Below, one piece after another: positions 48,611 through 61,344 of a stretch of DNA of 64,000 nt. The stretch's first letter is position 1; the number at the start of each line of letters is the position of its first letter. The DNA is from Fistulifera solaris (Eukaryota). The translations under genes and the position numbers were made by a program. The notes beneath the pieces were generated by a model. That model saw only the letters and a list, made by a program, of their open reading frames with translations. It searched no databases and was not told where the DNA came from. The stretch is taken from assembly GCA_030295235.1 (NCBI GenBank), contig AP026172.1, positions 558,001 to 622,000 of the forward strand, read 5' to 3'.

Positions 48611-49405
48611 ATGGCTCAAGGCTTGTTCATGGTTTGTGCCACTATCATGGCTATAATGCTGTAAACTGTCAAAATGGAGGTGTCTTTTGCATTCTAGCCT
48701 AGATCTTTCCTTCTTAAAAAAAGTTGTGTCCCTCAACCACATCCCTTCCTCCGACGTAGCTGAGCCTCGAATCAAAATCGTGTAGGACTAATTTGGATCT
48801 CAAGTGCTTCTAAAGAAGAAGTCAAGCGTTTATATCTCCGCTCATAATCCTCATAGCAAAATCACCGTTCAAGTTTGCACGCACCCTCAAAATCGAATGC
48901 CTCCGAAACATGAGGTCGCCGTATGTCAGCAGCAAAATCAGTCCCTGCATTTGGCTATTGCCAGCCTTTCCTGCCTGACATGTAACTGAACGAGACAAAA
49001 ATAACCATGGTTGCGATTTAGTTACCAGGTACAAGGTATGTTACCGGTACCTGGTATATATGCAGGCGAATAAAACACCAGGTGTTGTTTTATGTGGGCT
49101 CCGGTATCACTAGAAGGTAATGCGAGAAATCGAGGAAAAACAGAGTAAAAGCATTTGAAAGTCAAATTAAACTTGTATTTCGCATTCGGCAAAAAAAGAG
49201 ACTATTAGGAATTTTTTTGAAAGAGGTGCCTGGAGATGTCCAGACGCTCCAACAATAGTTTCCCTCCCATTTTTTGGAAAAGCGTATCATCGTCGCACAT
49301 AATAACAAAATAAACCATTCGATCCCATTATTATCATCACTGAAGAGTTCCAATCAAGTCAGTTAAATTCATCTACACTGATAGCAAATAAATCGTTAGG
49401 GTAGT

Positions 49406-50902
49406 ATGATACTGCAAAGCGTTTCATTTCTGATACTTGGTCTCCTACGATTTGCGGTCGATGCATCCCAACTCGATGATATCCTCATACAAGGAAACGA
49501 TGCCTTGATGGAAGGTAATAATCAACAAGCTGTGCTACTATATCGCAAGGGAATCGAGGAAATGAAACGGCAAAGGGGGTTTCTTTGCTGACAACCATCA
49601 GTTTGTATACGAATCTTGCAACTGCACTGTCTTCCGAGGGCGACAACGAAGCGGCAGCCCTTTCGTACCAGCAAGCTTTGACCGCTTACGAAGACCAAAA
49701 TGATTCTGTCTCAGACATAGAAACAAAGGAAGAAGCCAAGGAAATCGCCTCTCAATCATCTTTTTTCTTAGGAATGGTTTACCAGGATCTGAGTCAGCCA
49801 AAAGAGGCCATCGAAGCGTACGCTGTCACTCATGATCGGTTCGATCCCAACCATTGGGCATCCTACGCCAACAAGGGGTCGGTGTTTCATGACAACTTCT
49901 CTAACCATGAAAAAGCTCTTGAAGCTTACAATCAAGCGTATACGCTTCTGGTGGGAGGGCACGCCACGGAGCCACCTTCCGAACCTCGTTACATACTCTC
50001 GCAACTCCAATATCGCATCGGACTGTGTTTGTCGGCGCGAGAGGATCGTCGCTGTGCTTTGCAGAATGAGGACGGCACTACGGAAGCCGCGGACTGTCAA
50101 GAACAGGCCGCTCACGCCTTTAGCTTAGCATTGCAATATGATCCTAGTAATGTGTCGGCGAAACATATGCTCGCGAGTCTCACGGCCGACGCTACCATGA
50201 AGCGAGCATCAAATACGTATGTGAAATCACTTTTTGATGATTACGCCGTCAATTTTGAACACTCGCTAGTCAAAGATTTGGGCTATACTGGATATGAACT
50301 TTTGAGAAAGGGATTTGACCGAGCCATGTTGAACGTCGGAGAAACCAAGCCCATGCAACTAGTTATTGACGCGGGTTGCGGCACTGGGCTAGTTGGAGAG
50401 CAGTTTCGGAACATCAGCACGGTGTTGGTGGGAGTGGATTTGAGTGCAGCAATTTTGGAGCAGGCCCAACACACGAGACCTGGTCTTTACGACGATACTC
50501 GAGTAGGAGATGTCATTGCCACCTTCGACGAATTTGCCAATCAGATCTCGCTGATTATTGCTGGGGACTCTTACATCTATTTTGGTGACTTACTTCCACT
50601 GTTTGGAAGCCATGGAAAGGGGATTAAAACCTGGAGGCTATGCTGCTTTTACGCTGGAAAATGTTCCAACAGAAAACGAAGAAGTATTGGCTAAAACCAA
50701 ACCGGCCTGGAGATGGCAGCTAACCCCCAGTGGGCGCTTTGCCCACCGAAAAAACTACGTCTTAAATGTAAGCCAAGAAACGAATTTAAGAATAATACAC
50801 TACGAGCAGATGGATGGCTTCCGTTTCGAGAAAGGAATCGGTGTCCGTGGGCATATATTCGTCCTTCAGAAACCTAATGAAGGGACGGGCTATGAGCTTT
50901 AA
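49406..50902 (+). CDS. TPR-repeat SAM-dependent methyltransferase (COG4976-like) with signal peptide (frameshifts near 49570 and 50605)
   Basis: TPR helices; YVKSLFDDYAVNFEHSLVKDLGY; IDAGCGTGLVG; GVDLS; YIYFGDL; LTPSGRFAH; C-terminal YEL. Confidence 0.88.
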
Positions 50903-51062
50903 ATGCATAAGTTAATGCTGGGAAATTCCAATTGTTTGAATTAAAGGAACGAATCAAAGAATCAAGTGTGGTAACATTCGAAGGAGATTACCAGGCCGTG
51001 GCATTTCCCGCTATTTGCGTAATAGATCTGCAGCGGAAAAATTTCTTGGGTACTGCTTGTCA

Positions 51063-52574
51063 TCAATCCTCGTTCCGATCAGTCTCTGAAACCTCACTGA
51101 CATAGTTATTTTCGGTTTCAGAGTAGTTGATTGATTCTCCTGTTTGCACCGAATCAATATGGGTGCCAGCCAATTCAGAGGTGACGCTTTCCGTCACGTC
51201 TGTCATGGAGTCTCCCTTTTTCCCATTCATTTTTTCTGTGGTCTTTTCCGCCTCATTGTTTCCATTCTGCGGTTCACTATCGTCTGTGTCGGCTCTTGTC
51301 TTCTTCTTTTTCTTTTTCTCCTTATTTTCCTGTTCGTCTTCCACTTCGAGTGGTCGATTCCATGGCGCATCTGCCCCAAACTCTACTGATTCGGAATCGT
51401 CGTCGTCACCAGCCATCACTTCCTCTTCCTCGTGCCCATCATCAGTCAAGTGCGAACTGACAGACACATCATCCTTAGCTTCAATGTAGATCTCGGGTGC
51501 CCCAGCTGGCAAGCTGTCGTCGGCGTCTTCAGCAACTGCGGCTTGGATTGCAGCGGTCAATAGTTTTCCTTCTTCCTTTGTGAGACGTACACTATCTTGA
51601 ATAGGCAATCCCCGAAGAGCATTAAGCATGGCAGAAGGACCGGGAACGGCCTCAAGCTCTTGGAACGGAGTTAGATCGACGTCTCCGAAATCAACACCCT
51701 CGAATTCGTCTGAATCTCTGAGTCTACGGATCAGGGCATCTTGCTTCGACAGAGTGTCTTGGTAGAGAATTCTCATGCTACTAGCCGTTGCGTCCAGTGT
51801 CATGAAATGCATTTCGCAAAATGCCTTTTTATCAGAAAGCCATGATTTACAGCGCTGTAGATACTTCTTAATTTCTCGGCTACCCTTGTGAAGTTTTGCT
51901 TTTTGTTTCTCTATCGCAAGCATCTGGTGCATGTTCCTACATAGTTGTGCTTCCAATGCTACTTCTTCTTTCGACCCCACCTTCTTCCACTTCTTACTGG
52001 CTTTCATCATTGCCTTTGCGTATTCTTGAACATTGAATCCGGTATGCGTCAGTAGTTTCGTATTCTTTACAATCTTCTCTTGAGTTGCAAGTAGCATCTT
52101 TTCCTCCCGTGCTCGTTTGAAGCAGTGACGAGTCTCAACACGATTTCCTTGCAAGCGATGGGCTTTGAGAGCCTTCCGGCAGATTTTCATTTTCTTTCGG
52201 ATTTCTATGATTTCTTTATCTCTTTTAATCGCTTCCGCGTAGTATTGCTTTTCAGCTTCCCATTTCTTATCGGCGGCAAATTTGGCGGCATCTTCAGCCT
52301 TTGACGAAAACCACTGATATGCAGCTTCCTTTTGGCCTCCCAATCCTTCGCCGCCTGCTCTTCTTTTTTTCTTTTGGACTTTCCGCTCAGCCTCTTCGAC
52401 AATCTTTGCCTGCTCATTCTTTTCACCCAGGAGCTTACGCAGCTCAGCGGGGGATAGGTTCGGATGCTTTGCCGCGGCCATAGCCATCTCTAAAGCCAAC
52501 CGGACTTCCTCGTCCTCTTCGTTAACTACTTGCACATTGACAGTGGAAACATCTTCTGCCTCCGCTTCAGCCAT
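51063..52574 (-). CDS. Coiled-coil hypothetical protein with acidic tail
   Basis: 503 aa ORF with K/E-rich helices. There is probably a pair of compensating indels at ~52330-52375. Confidence 0.75.
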   Translation of the reverse strand: MAEAEAEDVSTVNVQVVNEEDEEVRLALEMAMAAAKHPNLSPAELRKLLGEKNEQAKIVEEAERKVQKKKRRAGGEGLGGQKEAAYQWFSSKAEDAAKFAADKKWEAEKQYYAEAIKRDKEIIEIRKKMKICRKALKAHRLQGNRVETRHCFKRAREEKMLLATQEKIVKNTKLLTHTGFNVQEYAKAMMKASKKWKKVGSKEEVALEAQLCRNMHQMLAIEKQKAKLHKGSREIKKYLQRCKSWLSDKKAFCEMHFMTLDATASSMRILYQDTLSKQDALIRRLRDSDEFEGVDFGDVDLTPFQELEAVPGPSAMLNALRGLPIQDSVRLTKEEGKLLTAAIQAAVAEDADDSLPAGAPEIYIEAKDDVSVSSHLTDDGHEEEEVMAGDDDDSESVEFGADAPWNRPLEVEDEQENKEKKKKKKTRADTDDSEPQNGNNEAEKTTEKMNGKKGDSMTDVTESVTSELAGTHIDSVQTGESINYSETENNYVSEVSETDRNED

Positions 52575-53376
52575 TTTCAGTCTCTACCTTCTCTTTCCAG
52601 GTGATAAATAAACTAATTCTTTGTCTCGGTTCAACTCGGCGGCTGTAACGCAATTACGTACGTCTAGTTTAGCCCAATCGTTGTATTATTTGTTTGCTTT
52701 TTGTAGTTGTTGTAGGTTATCCTTCGGGTGCAACAAAATGGGAAATGACTCCTCCTTTTCCAAAATGACCATGACCACACGTAAAAACCTATCTACCAGG
52801 TACCAACCGATTTTATATTTTTAAAGCTAGAACAAGTTCACTACTACTCACTAAAGACTCCAGAGTCTGACTGAAATCGGTAGTGAACGTTCCACTATAA
52901 GTACCGCCTCTGGTCGTACTCGTGATGAGAGTGATGGTTGATGACGTCCAACTAACAACGGGCGAAATAACTAGGGATTAAGCCAGGGACTACTTTGTAG
53001 GGACAAGGCGTTAAATCGACTAATCCTCCAGCTCCTTCTCCTAACTAGGAAAACCAATCCTCAAGCATCTCAACGCGTACAACATAATCGACAACTGTAT
53101 TCGCATCTAATTTAGCATCCGGTTCGAACACTTTGTCAGGCAATAAAAACAGCAATCAGGTTTGTTGCTGAAACGCAGAACACCCCAATGATAGGAAAAT
53201 ATCGACAATCTATCAGCAACAATTTCCTTGTAGCTCTAAACAACAACTTTTCACGCTATACGCTATACTAGATCGTCATACAGAGGAGCTTGCAAGATTA
53301 CAATCAGGGAAACGTTATGCCTTCAAGTACTGAGCGGTGTTCCAACGTTTCTCTATCCAGCGACGTAAAAGCAAAA

Positions 53377-54130
53377 TTACGCAGTCGCCGCTCCCTCAAT
53401 GATTGCAGTCAGCTTGTTGGCAATCTCATACCGAGAAAATTCATTTGGATCAAGCGAGAAACAACGAATAATACCTTTCGATCCCACGTCCTGAATGAAA
53501 GAAAGGTTAGTTGATAGATACTCAAGCAAACGAAGTCACTGAATTATTATGTACTTACAACTTCTCCAGCAAGTATTCCTTCTTCTGAATAGTCCCATTT
53601 AATTCCTGAACAGAGTGCATACAAGGAAATTTGATGGCGCAATCTTGTGACCTCCATGAGCTGCCTCTCTTTGAATTGTTCCACGTCATCCATGTTTTCT
53701 AAAGCCTCTACTTTGAAGCGTTCAGTCTGTTGTCGAAGGTCCTGAAATGTGTCGTTGCATTCCTGTATTTGCTGGCTCAACATTTTTGTTCAATCCTGTA
53801 TTTATTCAGAAGCGCTGTCAGCTGCTTCAAATGCTGCGATTCTTGTTTGCACGTTTCAGTAGCCTCCTCGACTTGTTTCATGAGGCGGGCACACACTTCA
53901 TCAGCCTCATTGGCAGCCTTCTTCGCTTCATTGTCGAAGGTTACGGCATAGCCAGAAAGAATAGTTATTGTTGAGAGTACTGGATCTTCGTGTGAAAGAT
54001 GGTTGCGCGCGATCGCCAAGCGCTTGAGACAATCACCCCACGAGGTCTCGAGTTGAGGTTCCACGGACGAAATTGCGACCGACAGAGAACGATCTCTTTC
54101 ATCGATCTCGTTTACTTTGCGCTTAATCAT
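53377..54130 (-). CDS. SPC24: Kinetochore Ndc80-complex subunit Spc24-like (frameshift near 53780; intron 53491..53558)
   Basis: A coiled coil is followed by ISLYALCSGIKWDYS..LAGEV|DVGSKGIIRCFSLDPNEFSRYEIANKL, the Spc24-type RWD tail. Confidence 0.75.
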
Positions 54131-54508
54131 ACTGTTTCAAAGCAATGAATGGGAGGAAGCGAATGGAAAATGATGAAATTCTGCGACTTGTGGGATGCTT
54201 CGTCGTTTTCGTTTTGTGTTCTGCCGAAAGTCGCTCGCCGAACGTTCGGCCATGCTCGCGCTTGACGCTACTAAGTAAATATGAGTACTTAAAACTTTAC
54301 CAGTCCTCAACGGAATTGTATTGTCATCGGACCCCAATCCCACTATTCATTCTAGAGTAAGGCGAAAGTACCGTACGGACGTTCCATTCTCATTATTTGA
54401 CGCCGACGTCTGTCATCGTCGGCCCACTTCCGCCCACAACCCACAACAGCTACCATGGTATCGCCGCTGGACGCAATTGACATTATTATTGCGCGATGAC
54501 AGGAGACC

Positions 54509-57185
54509 ATGGCAATAGTTGTCGACCGAAACATGAAAATGCCTTCAAGGAAGCATGATCCTTTTGAGGAAAATTACCTCGAAAACGCCGACGAGCTGGT
54601 AAAACCAATCATAAAGCAGCTTCTAGAAGGAGACGGTGATCCTGCAGCTCGCGCCGATCAATTTGAAATCCAATTGCGAAGAGCTCTTTTAGAGAAAATT
54701 TCTCCGGTTCTAGCCTCAGCTGACCCTCTCGCCCAAGTTTCAGCATTAAGTGAGCTAGGGAATCTATGGGTGTCTATAGTTGGGATTTGTTTTCATTTAG
54801 CTTATTATTCGGAAAGTGCAACTGAAAATGAGGAGGCGATAAAGAATGATGGGCACCGTTACCCAGACCTAGTTCGAAGACAGCTACCGATTCTTCTTCT
54901 TGAAGACATAAACGAAATGTTTCCTACCGAGCTTAGCGTCAAATTTTGGGAAGAATACGTAGAGCCATCGTATGACATGATTTTCAGTGACACGATGTGG
55001 TGGACTAACAATCATGCTTCCTGGTTAGCGCTTGTTAAAGTGACGGTAAAATTGTTAAGTAATGATCTTCCCAAACAACATGCTGCGCGACTGATGCAGA
55101 TGGTAGCTCGAGTATACCCTCTTTCTGAAAAGTCGGGGGTAAAAGTTTGGGGCAGCGTAAACACGGAAAACGTGGTGGAAATGGAATCTGCCACATTTTT
55201 TGAAACGCAGCAGGCCGATCTTGTAGCAAGTGACAAAAATGAACATGATCTGAGCGACGAACATGGAGCAATCACAGACTATAGTTTCTATGAATCATTC
55301 TGGAAATTGCAACACGATTTCCATAACCCGAATGCTATTGCCGTGGCCGACTTTTTTAAGACGTCTTCAAACCTTTTTCTCTGCTCTGGAAAGTCATAAG
55401 CCTGATAATCTTGCCGATAAGAGTGACGCATCACGGAACACGCGTAAATATTTGACAAGCAGTCGATTGCTTGTTACGCAACTACGGGATATCGATTTTC
55501 GCTTGCACGTCTTGACACAGTTCTTGATTACAGCTCATCATTTGACAAACCAAGTTGACAGCTTGACTTCTCGTTTGTCGGAACACTTAATCAAAGCCAA
55601 GCGTCTAATGAAAAATATGGGGACACAAGCAGCCTATCACCTAAAAATTATCGAGTCCATCCTGGAGACATTGGAACCGCAGTGGCGGCGATGGAAACAA
55701 AACAAATGCAAACCTGATCTCGATATTCCGAGACAAAATATCACTGGGCAGAAAAGAAAGCACATCAGTCAAGCAACGCCAGACGAAAGCGCCGACTTAA
55801 TTACCACAAAGAGCCATGCTCATTACTCGGTCGCAGAAGTGCAAATGGATCTAACAAAGCTCTCGAGGAAAATGCGAAGTGTTGTCCCTTCGGTCGAAAA
55901 TCATTTGGAAGACTACGTGGAGGCGCTCGACCCTGATTCAGGCATAGAAGCTGAATACCATCCCAAGAATGAAAGTTTATTTAGCTGGCGGGCGCTTCGA
56001 CTTCTTTCGGATCAGCACGTTGGAAGACAATTTGGGAAAATTGGTCCCAATGGTGACTTTGAGGTAGCCGTCCGCGATATTTATAAGGAAGAAAAGAATG
56101 TTGAAATCCCAGGTAAAGCTCCAGTGTACGACGAAATAGATCTGGATGAAATGTGCAACAGCAATGACCATCCTCAAGGACAAGATTCAGCGGAACAAAA
56201 GGAAGATTGCCGAAGTGATGGCAACAATGATTGGAACCTAGACGTGCATGACGATTCTATGTTGCAAGAAGCTGGGGATGCATCAAATATAGAGACCGAA
56301 AACAACATAAATGATGATGTCGCTGATACTGGTAACAATGAGGGCGTTGAAGATCTCGCATTATCTGACGCAGGAGAAAGCGCTTATGAGATTGCCGAAG
56401 AAGGTCCTATAGAGGTGGTCGAGATTAATCACGATGAAGGAGACGAAATGGCGATTGGAGGTAAACCTTTTCGCAACAATGGGTGTTTTGAGAATGGTAC
56501 CGCGGATCAGGTTAATAGTGAATTAGTTGTAAGCGATGGGAATCAAAATGAAACTCCCGGGGCAACGAACAAGATTGATTCTGACGGCGCACAAGACGCA
56601 TCGGAAGAATTGACATCATTGAACGAGAAGGAAGCTGAGAAGAAGCGCGAATTACCAGCAGCTCGTTCTACCAACAGCAACAGCGGACGATCGCCACCAC
56701 GAAGCCAAACAGGATCGGATAATCGGAGAAGTAGGCAATCGCCACCAAGGGAAAATCGACGATCACCACCAAGGGGGCCCACTGGACCAGACAATGGCGA
56801 CAACACGCGATCGCCGCCAAGGGATGACCGTAGAGAGCGTCGCTTTGACGGGGGGCGGCGTGGTGACGGATCACAAGTTGAGTCCAGGCCCGGAAGGCGG
56901 GGAGATGGCTTCGACAGTAGGCGTGGACCGGCCGAGGACCCGAAGGATTCGCGAGGTCGAGGGAATCAAGCACCTAGCCGAGTTAGCACTAGGGACCACG
57001 ATCGAGGCCGAGACACCGATCGACGTGGCGGGCACGAAAGGCCACGAAATAACGACGCTGCTAGAGGACGCACCGGAGTTTCAGGTCGTGGCGATGATAC
57101 AACTCGTGGGCCTCTTCAAGGACGCGAAAGACATAACGACGGAGATTGGAAAAACGACCGACGTAGGGGTGGTAGGCGACGCTGA
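54509..57185 (+). CDS. THOC1: THO complex subunit 1 (THOC1/Hpr1) with acidic and RG/RD-rich tail (frameshift near 55355)
   Basis: YPLSEKSGV, DYSFYESFWKLQ..FHNP, KYLTSSRLL..QLRDIDFRLHVLTQFLI, WRRWKQNKC, WRALRLL. Confidence 0.9.
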
Positions 57186-57713
57186 AAAACGTTTCAGTAG
57201 GGGGGGCAGTGGAGTAACAGAAGTTCCGCTTGTGTTCGGTCCGTAGAGAAATGTGGTAACCACAAAAGATGGACATCATCCAATAAACTCTTGATTTATG
57301 TGCTTAGTATCGCATGTATTGAGGTTTCCATTAACGGGCACGCGTCGAGACATCCAAAAAAGTCTCCGAAGTAACTACGTTGTTAATTGAACGATACGCT
57401 TTGCTCTCACAGGGCTAAACACTCTCGTTTCGATCCATAAGGCAGATAGATATACGATAATCTAGTCGAATGCGACCAATAAACTGTATGGAGACCAATG
57501 TTTGCACTATAAAAAGTTTTGTTGGCCGCGTAGACTTGTAAAAACCGTGGCAAGCGATGAGTGGCCACGAGTCGCCCGAATCGATGCGATATCTGCGGTT
57601 ACAGGAAACACCATCGCCCTGCCAAGCTATCCTTTAAGTATGGGTGCACCATAAGACGTAATGGAAATAAAGAATCTAGTTTTATGTAATTCTATGGAAG
57701 GAGAAAATAGTTT

Positions 57714-58184
57714 TCAAAGTTCGAGTTCGAAAATCCCGTCCTCTCGACCAGGATCTTCCAGTTTCGCTCGTTTCGGCACTATCCAATCTGTCGAGTTGTA
57801 AGTTTGGTAAGATTGGTCTTCAGAGCCGTTACGAATACCAATCACATGTGCAAGGCACATGTCGTTTTCTCGCCGCAAACGAGAATCTTGAATATTATGA
57901 TGAGCAATCCGATCAACGATTCGGCGAAACATGACATAGTCTCGGAGATCAGCCAGCGCTTCTTCTTCACGAACCTTCATATCCTTGTCATTGGGTTTTG
58001 GGGAGCCGTTATGGATAGGTATGCTTAGCGATCGAGGTTCGGTAAAGCGACGTCCCCGCTTACTCATAATGTGTGGAAATTGCTCGGAATTTTCCGACCA
58101 TGTTCGCGGACCTTGGTAACCTTGAAAGTAAGGCTGCATCATGGCAAGTTGCAAAGTTATTTGCTGTTGCGGTGCGCTTTTCAT
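57714..58184 (-). CDS. Diatom-type small hypothetical protein
   Basis: EEEALADLRDYVMFRRIV and C-terminal EDGIFELEL resemble a recurrent diatom family. Confidence 0.65.
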   Translation of the reverse strand: MKSAPQQQITLQLAMMQPYFQGYQGPRTWSENSEQFPHIMSKRGRRFTEPRSLSIPIHNGSPKPNDKDMKVREEEALADLRDYVMFRRIVDRIAHHNIQDSRLRRENDMCLAHVIGIRNGSEDQSYQTYNSTDWIVPKRAKLEDPGREDGIFELEL

Positions 58185-59353
58185 TTTGTGACAAAGATGA
58201 TGTTGCAAGGTGGCAACATTGAACCTCTGCACGTGGAGTTCACTTTTTGTGGATGCTTGGCCTGCGAATCTTGCAACCGGCCATCAACCCCCCAATAAAG
58301 GCGCCGAAAGCAAGTGAAAGGCGGGATGAATGGCCTGTACTTGTACAGTACGGGCCTTGTCGGAATTCCGATGCACTGCCACTGCAGGCGCGTCGCGTGT
58401 CACGTGTCACCTCATGCAGCGAACCATCATCATCCAATCATCGATCACCAACGAACAGCGAAATCGTCATCTACTGATTCCACAGCTCATAGTCCTCCGA
58501 ACTTAGACAGTGATTTCTGTAAAGCGGAACAGAATCTGAGAAAAAGGGATAATATACTGGTATTCTTCTGTTCTTCAGCTCCTCATCTTTATTCTTTGAA
58601 CTTCTACTCTATGCAAAGTAGTACTGACACGCAGAATTCAATGCTTAGAGAACAGAAAAGCGGGACCGCCCTTCATCCGTCACCATCATCCTCTTACTTC
58701 GTGACTCACTCGTGACCCGTGACTCTAGAGACTCTACAAAGTAGACCACATTCTCTCATCGCCGTAAGCCGTAAATAACGTCTTTTTTAAAATTCTACTT
58801 AAGAATTTTCCATATGATTCTTAGTCGGTAATTGATTTTTGATTGTACTTCGAATTTAATACAAGTATATCGCATTTAACCCGTGTTCTTTCCGTTGGTC
58901 CTGACGTTTACTTGTCCTGCTGTAGCGGATGCCGTTAGAAGCTACAAGTCGTAAGTCGCTCGTAGCTCGTACTTCGCAGAGTGATAATCATTCATTGCCG
59001 ATAAGCAAGTAGAAAACAGAATGAAGGAAGGTGTCCGTAAACCAAACGTCAACTGCCAAAAGCCTTCCGACTGTATCCCTGCAAGCAACACTAACAACAC
59101 GGCTGGACGATTTCATTGTCTTGCTACTCGGTAAAAAGCGAAACTTGATCAAGGTTACAGTGTATGAGGCCGAAGTTAACCGGCTTCCTACATTGATTTT
59201 GTGTTTTTTCCGCCTGTTCTCGTCGAGGCGACGAGAACGATCTTACTAGGTATACTTTTATTGTATCGGTTTCCCGAACCTAGCTTTTGTCCAACGATAG
59301 CAAAAAAAGCTTCAAAGTAGATTGCATCTTCAGCGGATCCTCCAACGCTTTCG

Positions 59354-60247
59354 ATGCTACGCGAAAACTCTTCCGAAACGGCGCAGCTAGATAATATCAT
59401 CATTGGGATTTTGATCGGAATAATCTGCATTCTTACGATAGCATTACTTATTCTGATCATCCCTGTAATGCGAAATTTTCTAAAACAAAGGATTCCGGTC
59501 TCACAGCAACGCGTCGACCGACGATATGATACAATCGAGCGGTGGTTGATCTCCAAGGTATGTGTTTTTCGCACTTGTTGACAAATGCGGGGTTCGCGAT
59601 ACCCTCTCACATTTCGATAACTTGCTTGGCAAATAAAATAAGAGGGTACGCGCACAGGCTACATGCGAAAATACACAATCTTTGTGCTCTTTGCCACACG
59701 ACGAAGAGGCTCCGAGATCTTTAGTGAACATAACCTTACCACAATCGGATCTCAGCGATCTCCCACCAAACGAGAAAAGAAGTACATTACCAGCTACGCT
59801 ATTAAAGTCTTATTCGGATCTTACCACCCCAAGTGTGCAAACGGAAATTACGGACCCGTCGTACTCATTATCTCACGAACCAGTCCTAGACGACGATGAA
59901 AATTTCGACCCAGAACAAAATTGCTCATCATCGACCACAACATGCGAATGCCCCATTTGCTTGGAACCATTTTTGTTAACGAAGTCGTTTCATGGTCCAC
60001 CAATGCTACTTGCGGGCATGTTTTTCACCACAAATGTATTAAGGAGTGGCTGCTTCGGCGGACTGGTTGCCCCTATTGCCGATTACCCCTTCTGAGCGTT
60101 GATTGTAAAAGCTCTGAAGCGTTCACTGATGAAGATTTGACCGAAATAGTGGCTGAGTGGCGCTATCGGGCTACGAAAACTTATTATTGCATAAAAGATG
60201 GGCTGGTGGAACTGGATGGCAAGCTCACACCTCGACAAAAGAGTTAA
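59354..60247 (+). CDS. Membrane-anchored RING-H2 E3 ligase (intron 59558..59642; frameshift near 59972)
   Basis: N-terminal TM; CPICLEPF..CGHVFHHKCIKEWL..CPYCR. Confidence 0.88.
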
Positions 60248-60537
60248 TCTCGCCCGGTGTGAAGCGTGAAGAACTTGCAAAAATCCGAGAAACACGCGCT
60301 TCATTAAGAATCCAAAACCGCTTCTGTTGCTAAGGCTCTCGAGTTTGTGACGCGCAAATTTTTATTTCCCAGTCAAGTTAATAACCATAAAACTGACATT
60401 TTTGACGGCAACCTAGAAATCAACAGTACGTCAAGTCCGTCACTTAGAAGAATCAAAGATCGAAGATATGGAGTTTTTTGAAAATGTCGTTTTGACGTAG
60501 AATATAGAGAAAGCTTGCATCATCAGCGCAACTACAA

Positions 60538-61344
60538 TTAATCCTCTTCGTCCGTGTCAACCAATTCCGTTTGTGACTGCATCTTCTGTGATTCTCGTTC
60601 GAGACGCTTTCTTTCTCGTCGCACAAGTAAAGCAGTTTGCTGGTCCTCCGCTAATTGGGAAACCGACAACTGACTGTTGCGACAGCCCGCCACGGGACAA
60701 CGACGCTTGTTGGAGTTAATGTACTCCATGACGGCGGCTCGTGAATACACGTGTCCGCAAAAGCTGTTCTTCATCGGTTCTTCCAAAAGTACAGTAGTCA
60801 GCGGGCATTTGAGAGTCTGCTTGGAAGCTCCACCTACCATCTGAATGTCGTCGTCGTCATTCTGGCCTGACGCTGCGGCGAGTTCCTCACCCAACTCCGT
60901 GAGGACCTCGCGGTAGAACGGTTCGTGCTCAAACGCTAGAAAGTTGCTTGGGTTACTTTTGTGTGCTTCCATGTATTCACGCAACTTGGACGCGTAGTCA
61001 CAATCTTCTCCGCCATTGCTCAACAGATCATCGCGTAATTTGCAGACAGAATGGAGAAAGCTATCGACGGTGCGTGAATCTTGAATGTTTTCTTTGGTGA
61101 CATCTTTTAGGATTTGCTTCTGTTTAGCTAAGTAAGCTTTCATTTCCTCTTCCGTCAAAACGGGATTTTCACCCTCTGTCAACAAGCGCATAGTTTCTTG
61201 TAAACCGTCGTTCATTCGCGTCGCCGTAGCTTTGACGTAACCATGATTTGTTTTGCACGCTTCCCTGTATTGCGCTTCCTTGCTAGACATATTGTGCAGC
61301 AACCCAGCGATACCGTTGTTAAGATTACTATGATTAGGAGACAT
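60538..61344 (-). CDS. NSE2: SMC5/6 SUMO ligase NSE2/MMS21 (SP-RING)
   Basis: DDDDIQMV..LKCPLT..LEEPMKNSFCGHVYSRAAV..CPVAGC. Confidence 0.88.
   Translation of the reverse strand: MSPNHSNLNNGIAGLLHNMSSKEAQYREACKTNHGYVKATATRMNDGLQETMRLLTEGENPVLTEEEMKAYLAKQKQILKDVTKENIQDSRTVDSFLHSVCKLRDDLLSNGGEDCDYASKLREYMEAHKSNPSNFLAFEHEPFYREVLTELGEELAAASGQNDDDDIQMVGGASKQTLKCPLTTVLLEEPMKNSFCGHVYSRAAVMEYINSNKRRCPVAGCRNSQLSVSQLAEDQQTALLVRRERKRLERESQKMQSQTELVDTDEED

Noticed and set aside
52850..53280. Possible box C/D snoRNA (GTGATGA at 52922)
   Set aside because: No suitably spaced D box, terminal stem or recognisable guide sequence was found.
56680..57185. RSPP/RG-rich repeats as a separate element
   Set aside because: This is the low-complexity tail of THOC1, in frame with it.
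53377..61344. Chromosome-biology cluster (SPC24, THOC1, NSE2)
   Set aside because: They belong to different complexes, and the grouping is compatible with chance in a gene-dense genome.
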